A stretch of DNA of 46,862 nt from Jimgerdemannia flammicorona (GCA_003990765.1 RBNJ01000051.1:1-46862), one strand, 5' to 3'. Positions 1 through 11,150 are shown, counted from the first letter of the stretch. The notes: generated from the sequence alone by a model not told the origin. Numbers and translations: made by a program.

Positions 1-240
1 GATGCTCTTCGGTCGTGCTGCAGTGTTCTCATTTAGTGTCTGTGGCGAGGTGAAGGGGAAAAGAGAATCGAGTGTACCAAACAATGGAGCGTGAAAAAAA
101 AAAAGAGCAAATGACGCAATATAATACCTTCAATTTTGGTGGCCCAGGATAGGCCGAGTGGGGTGCCAAGGATGACTGTTATTTGGAGAAGAAAACCGAT
201 CCAGGTCCTCTAAGCCCCGCGCGAAGCACGGAAAATAAAA
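1..240. other. CpG-retaining segment (possible unmethylated promoter or gene 5' region)
   Basis: About a dozen CpGs in 240 bp (e.g. ccccgcgcgaagcacgg) versus about one in 241-780 and strong depletion elsewhere. Confidence 0.5.
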
Positions 241-254
241 ATAAATAAAATAAA

Positions 255-372
255 GTGGTACCCTGCATTAACTAAGCATGCTAGGGTACCACATCCACCT
301 GACTTTTAAGCCTGCAACTGGTACCCTAGGGCCAAACTAATCAATTATCACGACTCAGGGTACTAAAGTCAG
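255..372. repeat. Short inverted repeats/hairpins
   Basis: gtggtaccct (255-264)/agggtaccac (283-292); gtaccct (321-327)/agggtac (357-363); ctgacttt (299-306)/aaagtcag (365-372). Confidence 0.6.
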
Positions 373-638
373 ATGATCAGAGTACTATGAGAAAATACTG
401 CAGAAAATTCTGCTCATAGTTGCTCTATATATCTATCTGTAAAATATACTATATACTATATATTTCTTTAGATATTTTAACTATTATATAATAGAATTAT
501 TATAGATAAATTTTTTTATAACATTAAATGTATATAAGTCTTATATAATTTTTTGAAAAAATTTTATATCAATATTGGTTTAGTTCTCATATTTTCTGAT
601 CTAATCTCATAGCTGAAACAGATTGCAGATAAGATTGA

Positions 639-1840
639 CAGCTCCTTTCTCCACTACCTTACCAGTCACAAGGTTTGGTAGGTGACCTTCTGAGTCTCCT
701 TCCCTCTAATATTATCCCCTTTACCTTGGGTTGGTTTGCTATACCTATAGGGGTATAGTGGGAGGAGGGCAATAGTGATGAGTTGCTCCTTTATTGGTGT
801 CGGATCTGTGCTTCCTCCACTTTTTCACGGATTCTGGTGCCTTCAGCTGCATCTGAGGTATACTTGTTTTGGTGCAGTGCTTTCTTCCTTTTGTCGATGC
901 CAACAAGGTGCTATCTCAGTGTATCTCAGGCTACATAGGAAGTCGGCCAACCTTGGGTATCAAGTGCTCAGTGTAAGTTATCTGCAGGTTCTCGATATCT
1001 GTGGTGGGGCCCTCTGGCTTTGGCGAGCTTCCTGGTGAGTGTAGTTCTGGCATAGGTGACTGTTTTTCAGATATTGTTGGAATGGGAGGGGAGATGGCCA
1101 TTATAGATAGGAGGAAGGGTGATTATAGTGAATCAGTGGGGTGCCAGACTGGGGGCGGTCATCAGGGCTGGGGCGGGTACTGCTTTGGTGGGGCCTTTTG
1201 ATTGGTACAGTATGGTTAGGTGGTAGGTATCACTCTTGACTTCTTTTGGCAATTTGTGGGGTTGGGCCCCAGTCGTTGGGGGGGGTCGTGGGGCCCAAGG
1301 CTACCTATTTCAGGTGTCTTGGTTGCACTCAACTGGAATCAGGAGCTGACATAGCAATGTGATCGAGGCCCACAGGCTTGAGTAATGGGGTATTGGGGGT
1401 CTCCTCCTGCCTCACATATAAGTTCTCTACTCACCTCGACTGAGAGAACCAGGCCCTACCCACCATGTTGTGCTTTGATGAGAGTTTTTTCTTTGCCTGT
1501 CATTCTCTTTGGGGTAGCAGAGGCTATTCTATTCAGCTCGGGCATAGCCTTGTATATACATTGGGTTCTCAGGCATATGCTTTCAGTCATTGGCATATGA
1601 CTGGGTTTTCCCTGGGTGGTAGAGAGAGCATGGTGTGCAGAATGAGGTGTGGGCTTCTTTGCCCTACTGTGCCTGGCATGGTCGAGCTGCTGGACAATAG
1701 CTAGCCTAGGTTAATAGGGGGATAGTGCTTGATAGGTGGTGGGGGAGGGTTTTGGCCTATATAGTCTAGGTTCTCTTCCAATAAAAATCTGTGAGACATA
1801 GAGTCCATTAAACAAAAACAAAAAAAAAAAAAAAAAAAAA
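639..1840 (+). mobile_element. Poly(A)-tailed non-LTR retroposon (LINE 3' tail or SINE-like), 1.2 kb
   Basis: AATAAA at ~1780 and A-tail at 1810-1840; 14-bp TSD gcagataagattga at 625-638 and 1841-1854; the 3' ~400 bp has a second copy at 6597-7002. Confidence 0.85.
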
Positions 1841-2285
1841 GCAGATAAGATTGAGTCAAGAAAGATAAGAATATTAAGAAGAATAATAGACAGCTTGAAG
1901 TATAGATAAGACAGTTAGGATAGATATAAATACTAAAGAGAATAATAGAAAAATATCAAGCTGAAGTAGTATTTCTAACTCTTTTGAATTAATACCTAAC
2001 CCTAGTCCTAGCTCTGAGTTGGGTTGGATGTAGATATGAATATCAAGAAGAATGATAGACAGATGCTACTTTAGTTTAAATTGCAGATGAAATCAGATAG
2101 GGCTGGATATGAATATTAAGAAGAATAATAAATATATATTACTTTAATTGAAATTATAGATGAGATTAAGTTGGAGTAGATGTGAATTTCAAAAAAAATA
2201 ATAAACAGATACCACTTTAGCTTGAATCACAGATAAGATTAGATTAGGGTAGATGATAGAGAATAATAGATATTAAGAATATATT
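1841..2285 (+). repeat. Degenerate ~73-bp satellite, block 1
   Basis: Units start at 2031, 2104 and 2177; consensus approx. gtggatgtgaatgccaaggagaatgatagacagatgccacttcagcttgaattgcagatgagat. Confidence 0.8.
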
Positions 2286-2319
2286 AGTTTTGAAGAAATA
2301 CTATTTCTTCTATTATATT

Positions 2320-3505
2320 CATTTAAGCTTATTTTTTATTTAATTCTATTCTAATCAACTCTGATCTCCTCTACAATTCTAGCTAAAGTAATATCTGTCT
2401 ATCATTCTTCTAGATATTCACTATCTATCTTGATCTTGTCTACATTTTAAGCTAAAGTAGCATTACTTAATCTTGTTTATAATTTAAGCTAAAGTAAAAT
2501 TTTTCTATAATTCATCTGATCTTATCTGCAAATTAAGCTAAAGTGATATATATCTATCATTTTTCTTAGCATCTTGATCTTGTCTGCAATTTCAGCTAAA
2601 ATAGCATCTGTTTATTATTCTCTTTAGTATTTATATCCATCTTAATATGATCTTAAGCTAAAGTGATATTTATCTATTATTCACCTAATCTCATCTACAA
2701 TTTAAGCTGAAGCAGTATCTGTCTATCATTTGCCTTAACATTTATAACTACTCTAATCTCATCTTTATTTTATTTACTATATAAGCTATCTGTCTATTGT
2801 CTATCTGATTCTTGTCTGCAATTCAAGCTGAAGTGATATTTTTACAATTTTAGCTAAAGTAGTATCTATCTATCATTTACTTGATCTTATCTATAATTTA
2901 AGCTAAAGTAGTATATGTCTATTATTTTTCTTGGCTTTTACATCTACTCTGATCTCATCTATAATTCCAACTAACAAAATTTATCTATCATTCTTCTTAG
3001 TATTTATATCTATTCTGGTCTCATCTTGATCTCATCTGCCATATAAGCTATCTATCTATTATTCACCAAATTCTTATCTACAATTCAAGCTGAAGAAGTA
3101 TATGTCCTTGGTATTCATATCCACCCTAATCTCATTTATAATTTCAGTCTATTGTTTACCTTAGTATTTATATCCACCCTAATCTCATCTGTATTTCAAG
3201 CTGAAGTAATATCATATTTACTCTAACTCAATCTTATTTGCAATTTCAGCTAAAGTAGTATCTTTCCATTATTCTTCTTGATATTCACATCTACCCTAAT
3301 CTCATCTGTATTTCAAACTAAAGAGTATTATATCCACTCTGACCCAATCTCAAGCTAAAGTAGTATCTGATTATTATTTATACAATCTTATCTACAATTT
3401 AAGCTAAAGCTATATATGTCTAATATTCATATTGACTTTTATATCTATCTTAACCTAGTTTTGTCTACAATATAAGCTGAAGTAGTATCTGTCTATCATT
3501 CTCTC
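2320..3505 (-). repeat. Same satellite, block 2 (reverse orientation)
   Basis: Many copies of atctcatctgcaattcaagctgaagtagtatctgtctatcatt, with internal deletions. Confidence 0.85.
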
Positions 3506-3579
3506 CTCAAAGTATATAAAATAGATATTGATGAAAAATAAAATAAAATCATTAAATTTATTAAATTATTTATATATTA

Positions 3580-3850
3580 ATTTTCTCCAAAACTCCTCTT
3601 CCTATAAAGTTAGGTAAAATTGTCTCTGACTCTTTGTTTTATATCATAATCATTTATCAAATAATGAAAAATAGTTATACTATCAAATTCTTTACTTTAT
3701 CTATTCTATTTACAAATTGCACCAATTTACTTTGATAGATCTATATAGTAATAATAGTATTGATACCCACTATATTAAATAAAGAGTACTATATAAATAC
3801 TACTTTGCAATTTTAATAGTTTATAAATTATATTCAAACTGATATTTAAA
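3580..3850 (-). pseudogene. Possible decayed SF2/SNF2-like helicase C-terminus
   Basis: Minus strand reads FNIVGINTIITI*IYQSKLVQFVNRIDKVKEFDSITIFHYLINDYDIKQRV; reverting G->A gives QFVGRIDRVG, resembling helicase motif VI (QxxGRxxRxG). Confidence 0.3.
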
Positions 3851-4254
3851 AGATTTATATCTCAGTGTAAGATATAAATTAAGATAGTTAATCCAATTTA
3901 CTAATAGAAAAAAAAAACCAGCTAAAGTTTCATAAAAATATCTCTAATTGAGAAAAACTTGTATAAGATAGAGATATTTATTGTAGTCATTTCAATAAAG
4001 AGTAAATAAATAAATATTAATAATTTTAAATATATTCTTTTATACTTATTACCTTTCTAAGCTATTTTGTAAAAATTCAATATTAAAATAATAAACTTTT
4101 TTCTATATTTAATATTTGTTTAATAAATATTCAGTACTTTTTCTCCATGAAGAAGATATAGATAGACAAATAGTACTATTAAATATAATTTTAAAACTTA
4201 TTAGTAATTATTCTAATTTTTAATAAAATTTATTAAATCGATATCTATCCTCAT

Positions 4255-4935
4255 TACTGGAATTGTAAATAAGATCAGAGTAGATATAAATTGAATGATA
4301 GACAGATTCCTCTTCAGCTTTAATTATAGATGAGATCAGTTAAAGTAGATGTGATGCTACTTTAGCTTAAAATATACATAAGATTGGGATAGATATAAAT
4401 ACTAAAGAAAATGATAGATATATAATATTTCAGCTTAAATTATAGACAAGATTGAGTAAATGATAGAGAGATACTACTTCAGCTTGAATCATAGATAAGA
4501 TTGAGTGGATGTAATACTGCTTTAGCTTAAATCACAGATGAGATTAAGTGGATATGATACTACTTTAGCTTGAAATATAGATGATATTGAAGTAGATATA
4601 GATATCAAGGAGAATAATAAATAGATACCACTTTAGCTAGAATTGTAGATGAGATTAGATAAATAATAGATAGATTCTACTTCAGCTTAAAATATAGATA
4701 ATATCAAGGTGGCCATAAATGCCAAGGAAAATAATGAACATATGCCACTTCAGCTTAAATTATAGATGAGATCAGATAAATAATAGACAGATTCCACTTT
4801 AGTTTGAATCATAGATAAATTTGAATCAAGGTGGGTATGATATTACTTTAGCTTGAAATACAGACAAGATTAGAATAAATTAGGTAAATGTGAATACTAC
4901 TACTTAAGCTTAAATTACAGACTGAGTTGAGATAT
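4255..4935 (+). repeat. Same satellite, block 3
   Basis: Repeats of gatgctactttagcttgaattatagatgagatt; e.g. 4708-4760 reads VAINAKENNEHMPLQL. Confidence 0.85.
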
Positions 4936-5364
4936 CTCATCAATATATAATTGTCTGGAACTTATCAATGTACTTATTTATTATATAGAGTTGATATTTC
5001 ATTGTACTCATTTTTAATACATTGTCATGTAGTGGTTGCTGAGTCCTTCAAATACACCAGATTCTCTTCAAGGTATATCTCTTAGACTAACTCAAGTTTA
5101 TTATAAGCAAGTTCTTATTGGAGTGCCTTCCCAAGGTCTTATAGTCCTCAAACTTCTTATCTTTAACTGTCTTGTTATCTCTTAGATTGCTTGCAAGGAA
5201 GTGTGTATAAGTGAAACCGGAACTGACTTTATTTCAGAGGAAATAAGAGGGGTATTTACATAAAATATAATTCAATAGTTACTAAGATATAAAGCTAAAT
5301 ATAAATTCCAATAACTAAAACTACTAAGTTCCAGGGCTGGCATTGATGGTTGTACAGGTTCAGG

Positions 5365-5490
5365 ATGCTGGCATTATTTAGTGTCACATCAAAATGCCAG
5401 TGCTGGAATAATTTCGCATCACCTCAGAATACTAGTGCTGGCATTATCCAGTATTACATAAGAATACTGGTGCTGGCATTATCCAGTGTA
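5365..5490. repeat. 35-bp tandem repeat (x4) inside the LTR
   Basis: (g/a)tgctgg at 5365, 5400, 5435 and 5470; contains the near-palindrome CCAGTGCTGG. Confidence 0.85.
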
Positions 5491-5499
5491 ACAAAGAAC

Positions 5500-6318
5500 T
5501 TAGAGCAGAAAGTTCAAGATTATGGGGGCTTCATCATCATCATCACTGAAGGAGATGATATCCGCGAATTCGTCATGTAGATCACGCATTTCACATACTT
5601 CAGGTATGTCATGCAGGATGACATCATCGATGACATCATCATGTTCGGCTGTGGCAGGGAAATCGGGGACAAGGTCTGGAGCTCTCCAGTCTATGAGGTT
5701 CTCTTCCACAAAATAAGGAACAAATGTAGGGTCTTGGGGAGATCTAACCCGGATGCTTGGGCCTTGGAATACTGAGATTAATCCTTGAAGGAATTGATCT
5801 GGGTTGTCCTGAAGGATAGGGTGCCAGAAGTCTTCTACTTCTTCACTGTTGAGGGTGATAGTGGACTGGGCTTCTGTAGCCACTCTGGCTTCTAGCACAT
5901 TGATTCAGTGGGATGACAGATCTCTGAAGTCTGAAACTCTAACATACTCCAAGTTGGGGATTGACCATGATACATGTCTGAAGATCTGATAGATCTTCTT
6001 AGCTGTCCTCGTTTTGCATATATCCATGAGAGTGGCATCTTGTAGCTCTTGGGTGCTGGTCTCTGGGAACTCCTGGCAAAGGAGGTTTCCTATTTCATAC
6101 TCCTGCCACATTTGGAGGCATTTGGTAGTAATGGTGATCCTTGTTTCCATTTTGTGGTGGTAGAGAATAAAGTGATAAGGGTCTGCAGTACCCAGGTTAA
6201 CACTAGGAGTCCTTCTTGAGCAGGTCCCCATGGCTCTTCTGATATCTTGGAACATCCTTTCCTCAACTGAGATACCTTGGTGATTCCTTGACCTGGAGGT
6301 TTGGCAGGTAGCAGGCAT
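5500..6318 (-). pseudogene. LTR(U3)-encoded ORF of family 1, ~272 aa, unknown function
   Basis: ORFs 5905-6318 and 5500-5898 are in frame, split by one TGA; homologous coding sequence in all five family-1 LTRs; acidic C-terminus. Confidence 0.8.
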
Positions 6319-6560
6319 TTCATTTGTGATAAGTCTTTGAGCTATTTTGGGATTGGTGGTTCTTGTTGGTTGCTGCTACTGCAGTTCTTTGATCCTTCTT
6401 TTATATTCTTCAGGATACTTGTGCTGTGATCACAATAACTCACAGTTAGTCATCATTGCTCATCTTGTATACCATATAATCTTCTTGTGCTTCAATCTGG
6501 TGGCTTGCAAGGAAAGGCTGTCTCCTGTACTAATATCATCCTTCTAAGGTCACCATTATA

Positions 6561-6570
6561 TCTTCCTCCT
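6561..6570 (-). promoter_or_regulatory. Polypurine tract of copy A
   Basis: AGGAGGAAGA immediately 5' of the 3' LTR; equivalent at 16570-16579 in B. Confidence 0.9.
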
Positions 6571-6596
6571 GAATAAGGATCTTCCTGAGCATCCTT

Positions 6597-7002
6597 TTTT
6601 TGTTTTAACAGACTCATGTCCCATGGAATTTTATTGGAAGAGAACCTAGACTATATAGGCCAAAACCCTCCCCCACCACCCACCAAGCACTGCCACCCCA
6701 TTAACCTAGGCTAGCTATTGTCCAGCAGCTCAACTATGCCAGGTGCAGCAGGGCCAATAGGCCCACACCTCATTCTGCACATTATGCTCTCCCTACTACC
6801 AGGGGAAACCCAACCATATGCCAATGACTAAAAGTGCATGCCTGAGAACCCAATGTATGTACAAGGCCATGCCCGAGCCAAATAGAATAGCCCCTGCCAC
6901 CCCAAAGAGAATGACAGGCAAAGAAAAAACCCTCATCAAAGCACAACACAGTGGATAGGGCCTGGTTCTCCCAGTCGAGATGAGTAAAGGACTTACACAT
7001 GA
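6597..7002 (-). mobile_element. 5'-truncated poly(A) retroposon nested in copy A
   Basis: Reverse complement of ~1412-1820; T-rich tail; 16-bp TSD cttcctgagcatcctt (6581-6596)/ctttctgagcatcctt (7003-7018); absent from copy B. Confidence 0.92.
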
Positions 7003-7295
7003 CTTTCTGAGCATCCTTATTCATTGGCCCAGTCCTGAAAAATTTGCTGATCCCATAACCTCTGGCAAAGGGTCGAAAACTAGTGTTTATGGGCTGGCAT
7101 CTTCCCTTTGTATTTTGGTGTGATGGTGAAGGGTTGCTCCCTTCATATAGAGCAAGGGCCTGATTCTGATCTTGACCAATCAGTTGACAGTTCAAACTCC
7201 TTTGACTTCAAAAGTCTCACAGATGAGTAGTTGCCAGTGTCGTTTCCCTTAGAGAATGGTCCAGATAGATAGCCTGCTGGTCACAGAACATGCTG

Positions 7296-8340
7296 TTACA
7301 ATTCACAGACTAGAACCTCACAGGTAGTCATCACATTATACTTTTCTTGTATAGGTTTATGGTACTTCTTGAGTCTGTTCCTATGTACTGTAGTGGGCAG
7401 TATGGTCCCTGAGATTTTTCTAAGCCAGAAGGTAGTTCCCTTGATATCTTGCACATAGAAGGGTTCTTCCCATTTGGGCTCCAGTTTTCATGACCATGAA
7501 GCTTCTACCATATTTCGATACAGTAGAACCTTTTCTCCAATTCAGATGGGTTCTAGAGCCTTGTGATTCTTTTCCACATTCTTCCTTGTCAGTGCTTGTG
7601 ACTTGGTGTAGTCTCTGGATTTCTGCATCAATCCATCTCCAAGTTAGGTCTAGATTTGTGGCTGAGGTTCCATTAGAATCTTCTTCTCTGAAGAGCAGCT
7701 CTCTTGGGGTAAAATGTGTGCTCTGTGACCATATATCTTGTAGGACAGAGAGGGCGGTTGGGAGATAGTTATCCCAATTCTCATATGTCTCTGAGATCTT
7801 CGCTAGGATGTTCTTGAGGGTCTTGTTGGTTCTCTCTATCTGTCCATTTCCTTGAGGGTGGTACACAGTGGTCTTGATGTGCTGGATCTTGTATTTCTGA
7901 TACATTATCTCATGGAATCCATTGATGAATTCCATTCCATGGTCTGTTGTGATTTGCTTTGGTGTCTTGTAGTGGCAGATGATTTCTCGGTGTAGAAAGT
8001 CAGCTATAGAGAGGGCATTGGCTTCTTGTAATGCTCCTGCCTCTATCTATTTGGTGAAGAGGTCTACAATAACTATAATATAGCAGTTTCCTGATAGTGT
8101 TACTGGTAGTGGTCCAATGATATCCATTGTAATATGGTGGAAGGGGATAGGCTCAATTCTTGATGACTCGGGTGCCTGGTCTTGCTGATCTTGTTTCTGT
8201 TTTGGCACTTGTCACACCCTTTGACAAATTGGTGCAGGTCTTCTTCCATCTTGGGCCACCATATGGTTCTTCTTGTCTTGTTATATGTATTAGTTCCTTC
8301 TAAATATCCTTGCTTGTATACTTCCTTCATTACTTGATAC
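7296..8340 (-). pseudogene. Integrase, copy A (no chromodomain)
   Basis: WWPKMEED...CDKCQ, MDIIGPLP, TDHGMEF, YHPQGNGQIERTNKTLK, GPY/F-like KWEEPF. Confidence 0.92.
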
Positions 8341-8599
8341 TTCTTGTATTTGGATATTACTAGCTTTCCTCCTTTTCTGAGTGTAATGTTGTCTAATTCA
8401 AACTGTTTCTAAGTCCAGTTGATGATGGTGATTATCCAGGGTTCAAGGTGGTTGGGCATCTTCCACTGCCTAAGGTAGCTGATTAATCCATAGTATAGCT
8501 CCTTATTCATGTTGAATAGTCTTGATGGGGGTATTTCAGAGTATCCTTGAGAGTGCATTGGCATTGGTGTTGGTCTTTTCTGAGCGGTGCTTAACAGTA

Positions 8600-9740
8600 C
8601 AGTCATACTCTTGCAGTCTGTAGATCGATCTGGCATATATTCCTTTGGGGTTCAGAGTGTGGAATAGTCAGGTGAGAGCAGAATGGTCTGTTTGAATGGT
8701 GAAGTGTTTCCCAGCTAGGTAGTAGTGAAACTTGTCTACTGCCCAGACTACTGCTAAGCATTCAAGCTTGTATGACTCGTAGTTCTGTTCTGCTCCACAG
8801 GTACCTCGGCTTGCATAGGAGATGACATATTTATGTCTATCTTTCTTCTGAGCTAGGACTGCTCCAAGTCCTATAGCACTCGCATCTGTCTGCAGGTTGA
8901 ATTCTAGGTTCCAGTCTGGTCTTCTGAGGATGGGTGCTTAGGTCAACCTGGTCTTGAGTTTATTGAAGGTTTCTTAGTGCTCCTTGGTCCATTCAAATTT
9001 GGCCTCCTTCTTCAGTAGCTCATAGATAGGAGCTGCAATATTGGAGTATCCTTTGATGAATCTCCTATAGTAGCTGCCCAGTCCAAGGAAGGTGTGAACT
9101 TCTGTAGTTGTTCTGGGTCTTGGGTAGGCTGCAACAGCCTCAATCTTCATGGGGTCTGTATGGATTCTGGTCTGGTTGATGAGGTGTCCTAGATAGGCAA
9201 TTTCCTGAGCTGCAAACTTGCATTTCTTGGGCTTGATGTAGAGGCCATACTCCTTGAGCCTCTTGAGGGCTAGCTGGATGTGATTGATATGTTCCCGTAC
9301 TATGTTGCTGAAGATAATTACATTATTGATATAGACAAAGAGCCATTTTCCAATCTCATTGCTGAAGACTCTGTTCATCATTTGCTGGAAACTTGCTGGG
9401 GCATTGCACACTCCAAATGGCATTCACAAGTAGATATAGGTGGCATCAGGTGTAATGAAGGCTGATTTCTCACTGGCATCTTGAGTGAGACTGATCTGAT
9501 GGAAGCCTGAGAACAGATCCAAGATAGTGTAGTATTTGGCTTCACTTCCAAGGGTGGTAAGGATTTCTTGAATATTCAGCAAGGGCTGCCTATCCTTCTT
9601 GGTGATGGCATTGAGTTTCCTGTAGTCAATGCAGAGTCTTGGTGTAAACTCTCCAGGCTTGCTTCCTTTCTTCAGGGCTAGAACAATGGGTGAGGCCCAG
9701 GGGCTGATAGCTTGCTTGATAATTCCAGCTTCTTCCATTT
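8600..9740 (-). pseudogene. Reverse transcriptase and RNase H, copy A
   Basis: SPWASPIVL, RLCIDYRKLN, LDLFSGFHQI, MPFGVCNAPASFQ, YINN (decayed YIDD), QTDASAIGLGAVL, TDHSAL. Confidence 0.95.
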
Positions 9741-10019
9741 CCTTGAGTTCTGCTCGCAGCCACTCTCTATAGGCAGGTGGTATGGGTCTGGCTTTCTGGT
9801 AGATAGGCTTGGTATCACTGGTGTCAACTTTGTGGTAGTACTTGGGTTCTTGATTGTGGATATCTCTAAAGTCTGTAGCAAGTACTCCTTTGTTCTGGTA
9901 CAGGATCTTGAGAAGTTTTTCCTCCAGGGGAAAGTTTTCTCCAATGGTATATATGTATTTGTTCTGGCCCTTGTCTTTCTTGTGCTCAAGTTCAGTAATC
10001 TTGGTGGCAGCATAGGCTC

Positions 10020-10440
10020 CTCTTCCAGTAGATCCAAAGTCTTGTTCTCCTCTCTTGGTCTTGATGAGTTCAATGGCTTCTATGATCTTGGGCTTCTTAA
10101 CTTCATGGATCAGTATCTGGCCAATCCTGTCATGCTTCTTGACTTCAAAGGGGATGGTGTGGTTGTGATTTCTGACTATGAGGAAAATCTTACCAGTGTA
10201 ATCAGGGTTAATTACTCCTCCTTCAACTGAGATTTCGCTTTTGACTAGACTGCTCCTAGTCTTGATAATTCCGGCATAGTTTTCTGGTAACTTGACTCCA
10301 ATTCCAGTGCCAAGTAGGGTGGTGGTCTGTAGTTCGAGGGTAGCATCTTGAATGCTGGCAAGGTCTATTTCTATGGCTCCTTCAGTCTTATATTCTGGGA
10401 TCTTGACTTCAGGGTGAAACTTCTTGACCTTGAGGGTGAT
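10020..10440 (-). pseudogene. dUTPase domain, copy A
   Basis: KVKKFHPE..IPEYKTEGAI.IDL, TGIGVKLPENYAGIIKTRSSL, VEGGVI(D)PDYTG, DRIGQ, (G)FGSTG: trimeric dUTPase motifs I-V. Confidence 0.9.
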
Positions 10441-10564
10441 GTCTGATTCTTGTTCCTCCTCATCATCACTATCAGCTTGAAGCTCTGGGGGCTGGTCATC
10501 CTCTTTGGCTTTCCTTTTTGCTTCGGCAGCTTCTTGCTCATGTTTCTATTGGTGGATTTTCCTG

Positions 10565-10680
10565 ACTTCACTGATACAGGACCAGTAGTCATTCAGGTGT
10601 TCAGAGTAGTACATTCTAGTACCATGGGGACATCTTCCTTGAGGGGCATAGCCATCAATGATCTTGTTGTACCACTGCTT
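10565..10680 (-). other. C-x-H-x12-C-x2-C putative zinc-binding module, copy A
   Basis: Consensus of A/B/C: EQWYNKIIDGYAPQGRCPHGTRMYCSEHLNDCWSCISEV. Confidence 0.7.
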
Positions 10681-10789
10681 CTGTGAGCTTGGGTGTCTTG
10701 TTCTTGTTCTTGTTCACTGAGTGCATGAAGACCTCTATGTCTTCTTCATTTCCTTCCTCCATATCTGGTAGGACTCCTTTGTGGACTTT

Positions 10790-11150
10790 GATAGAGACTT
10801 GTACCTTTCTTCCTCTATAGTTGATCTGTATCTTCTGGGCATTGAGGTAAATGATGGCCTTGGCCTTATGAAGCCATTGGTTGCCAATGAGGATGTCATA
10901 GTTGGTGGCGCTTGTAACAATCATGTCTACTAGAATGGTAGCTCCTCCTATCTTGATGGGGACTTCTCAGATTTTGCCAAGGGGGGTAGCTTGTGTACTG
11001 TCTGCTGTGACATAGACTATCTTGGTGGACTCATCAATATCCCAACCTAGGTGGTCAATTGCCTTCTTGCTCATGAGGCATCCTCCAGCACCAGTATCAA
11101 TGATGGCATCAAAGATACAGTCTTTGATCTGGTAGGGGGTATAGGCTGAT
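10790..11150 (-). pseudogene. Aspartic protease, copy A
   Basis: DAIIDTGAGGCLMS and YDILIGNQWL motifs. Confidence 0.9.

Larger units (their letters stand above)
5023..6560 (-). repeat. 3' LTR of copy A (1538 bp)
   Basis: Plus strand tgtca...ttata (decayed ttaca); direct repeat of 12646-14183; adjacent to the PPT. Confidence 0.95.
6342..7291 (-). pseudogene. Accessory ORF between integrase and the U3 ORF, crossing the PPT (175 codons after removing the insertion)
   Basis: ATG at 7291, 4 nt after the pol stop (7296-7298); TAG at 6342-6344; same 528-nt length in copy B (16351-16878); internal stops are TGA (likely CGA decay). Confidence 0.55.

Noticed and set aside
1-32. Minus-strand ATG at 32 as a host gene start
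   Set aside because: Only 10 codons are visible, which is not enough to support a call.
775-1704. Short ORFs inside the 1.2-kb retroposon
   Set aside because: No recognisable motifs; several overlapping frames are equally open.
1841-4935. Satellite as a CRISPR array or intact ankyrin gene
   Set aside because: Degenerate tandem units with no spacers; the period is not a multiple of 3 and there are many stops.
5365-5490. CRISPR-like regularly spaced repeats
   Set aside because: Whole units are similar (no unique spacers), there are no cas genes, and the array lies inside a eukaryotic LTR.
6342-7291. env gene after integrase
   Set aside because: No signal peptide or transmembrane segment in the sense frames.
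6318-7298. Stop-codon read-through from pol into the U3 ORF (same frame in A and B)
   Set aside because: A and B share an earlier TAA (7296-7298) plus the TAA in the LTR terminus, so at least two stops intervene; the frame match may be chance.
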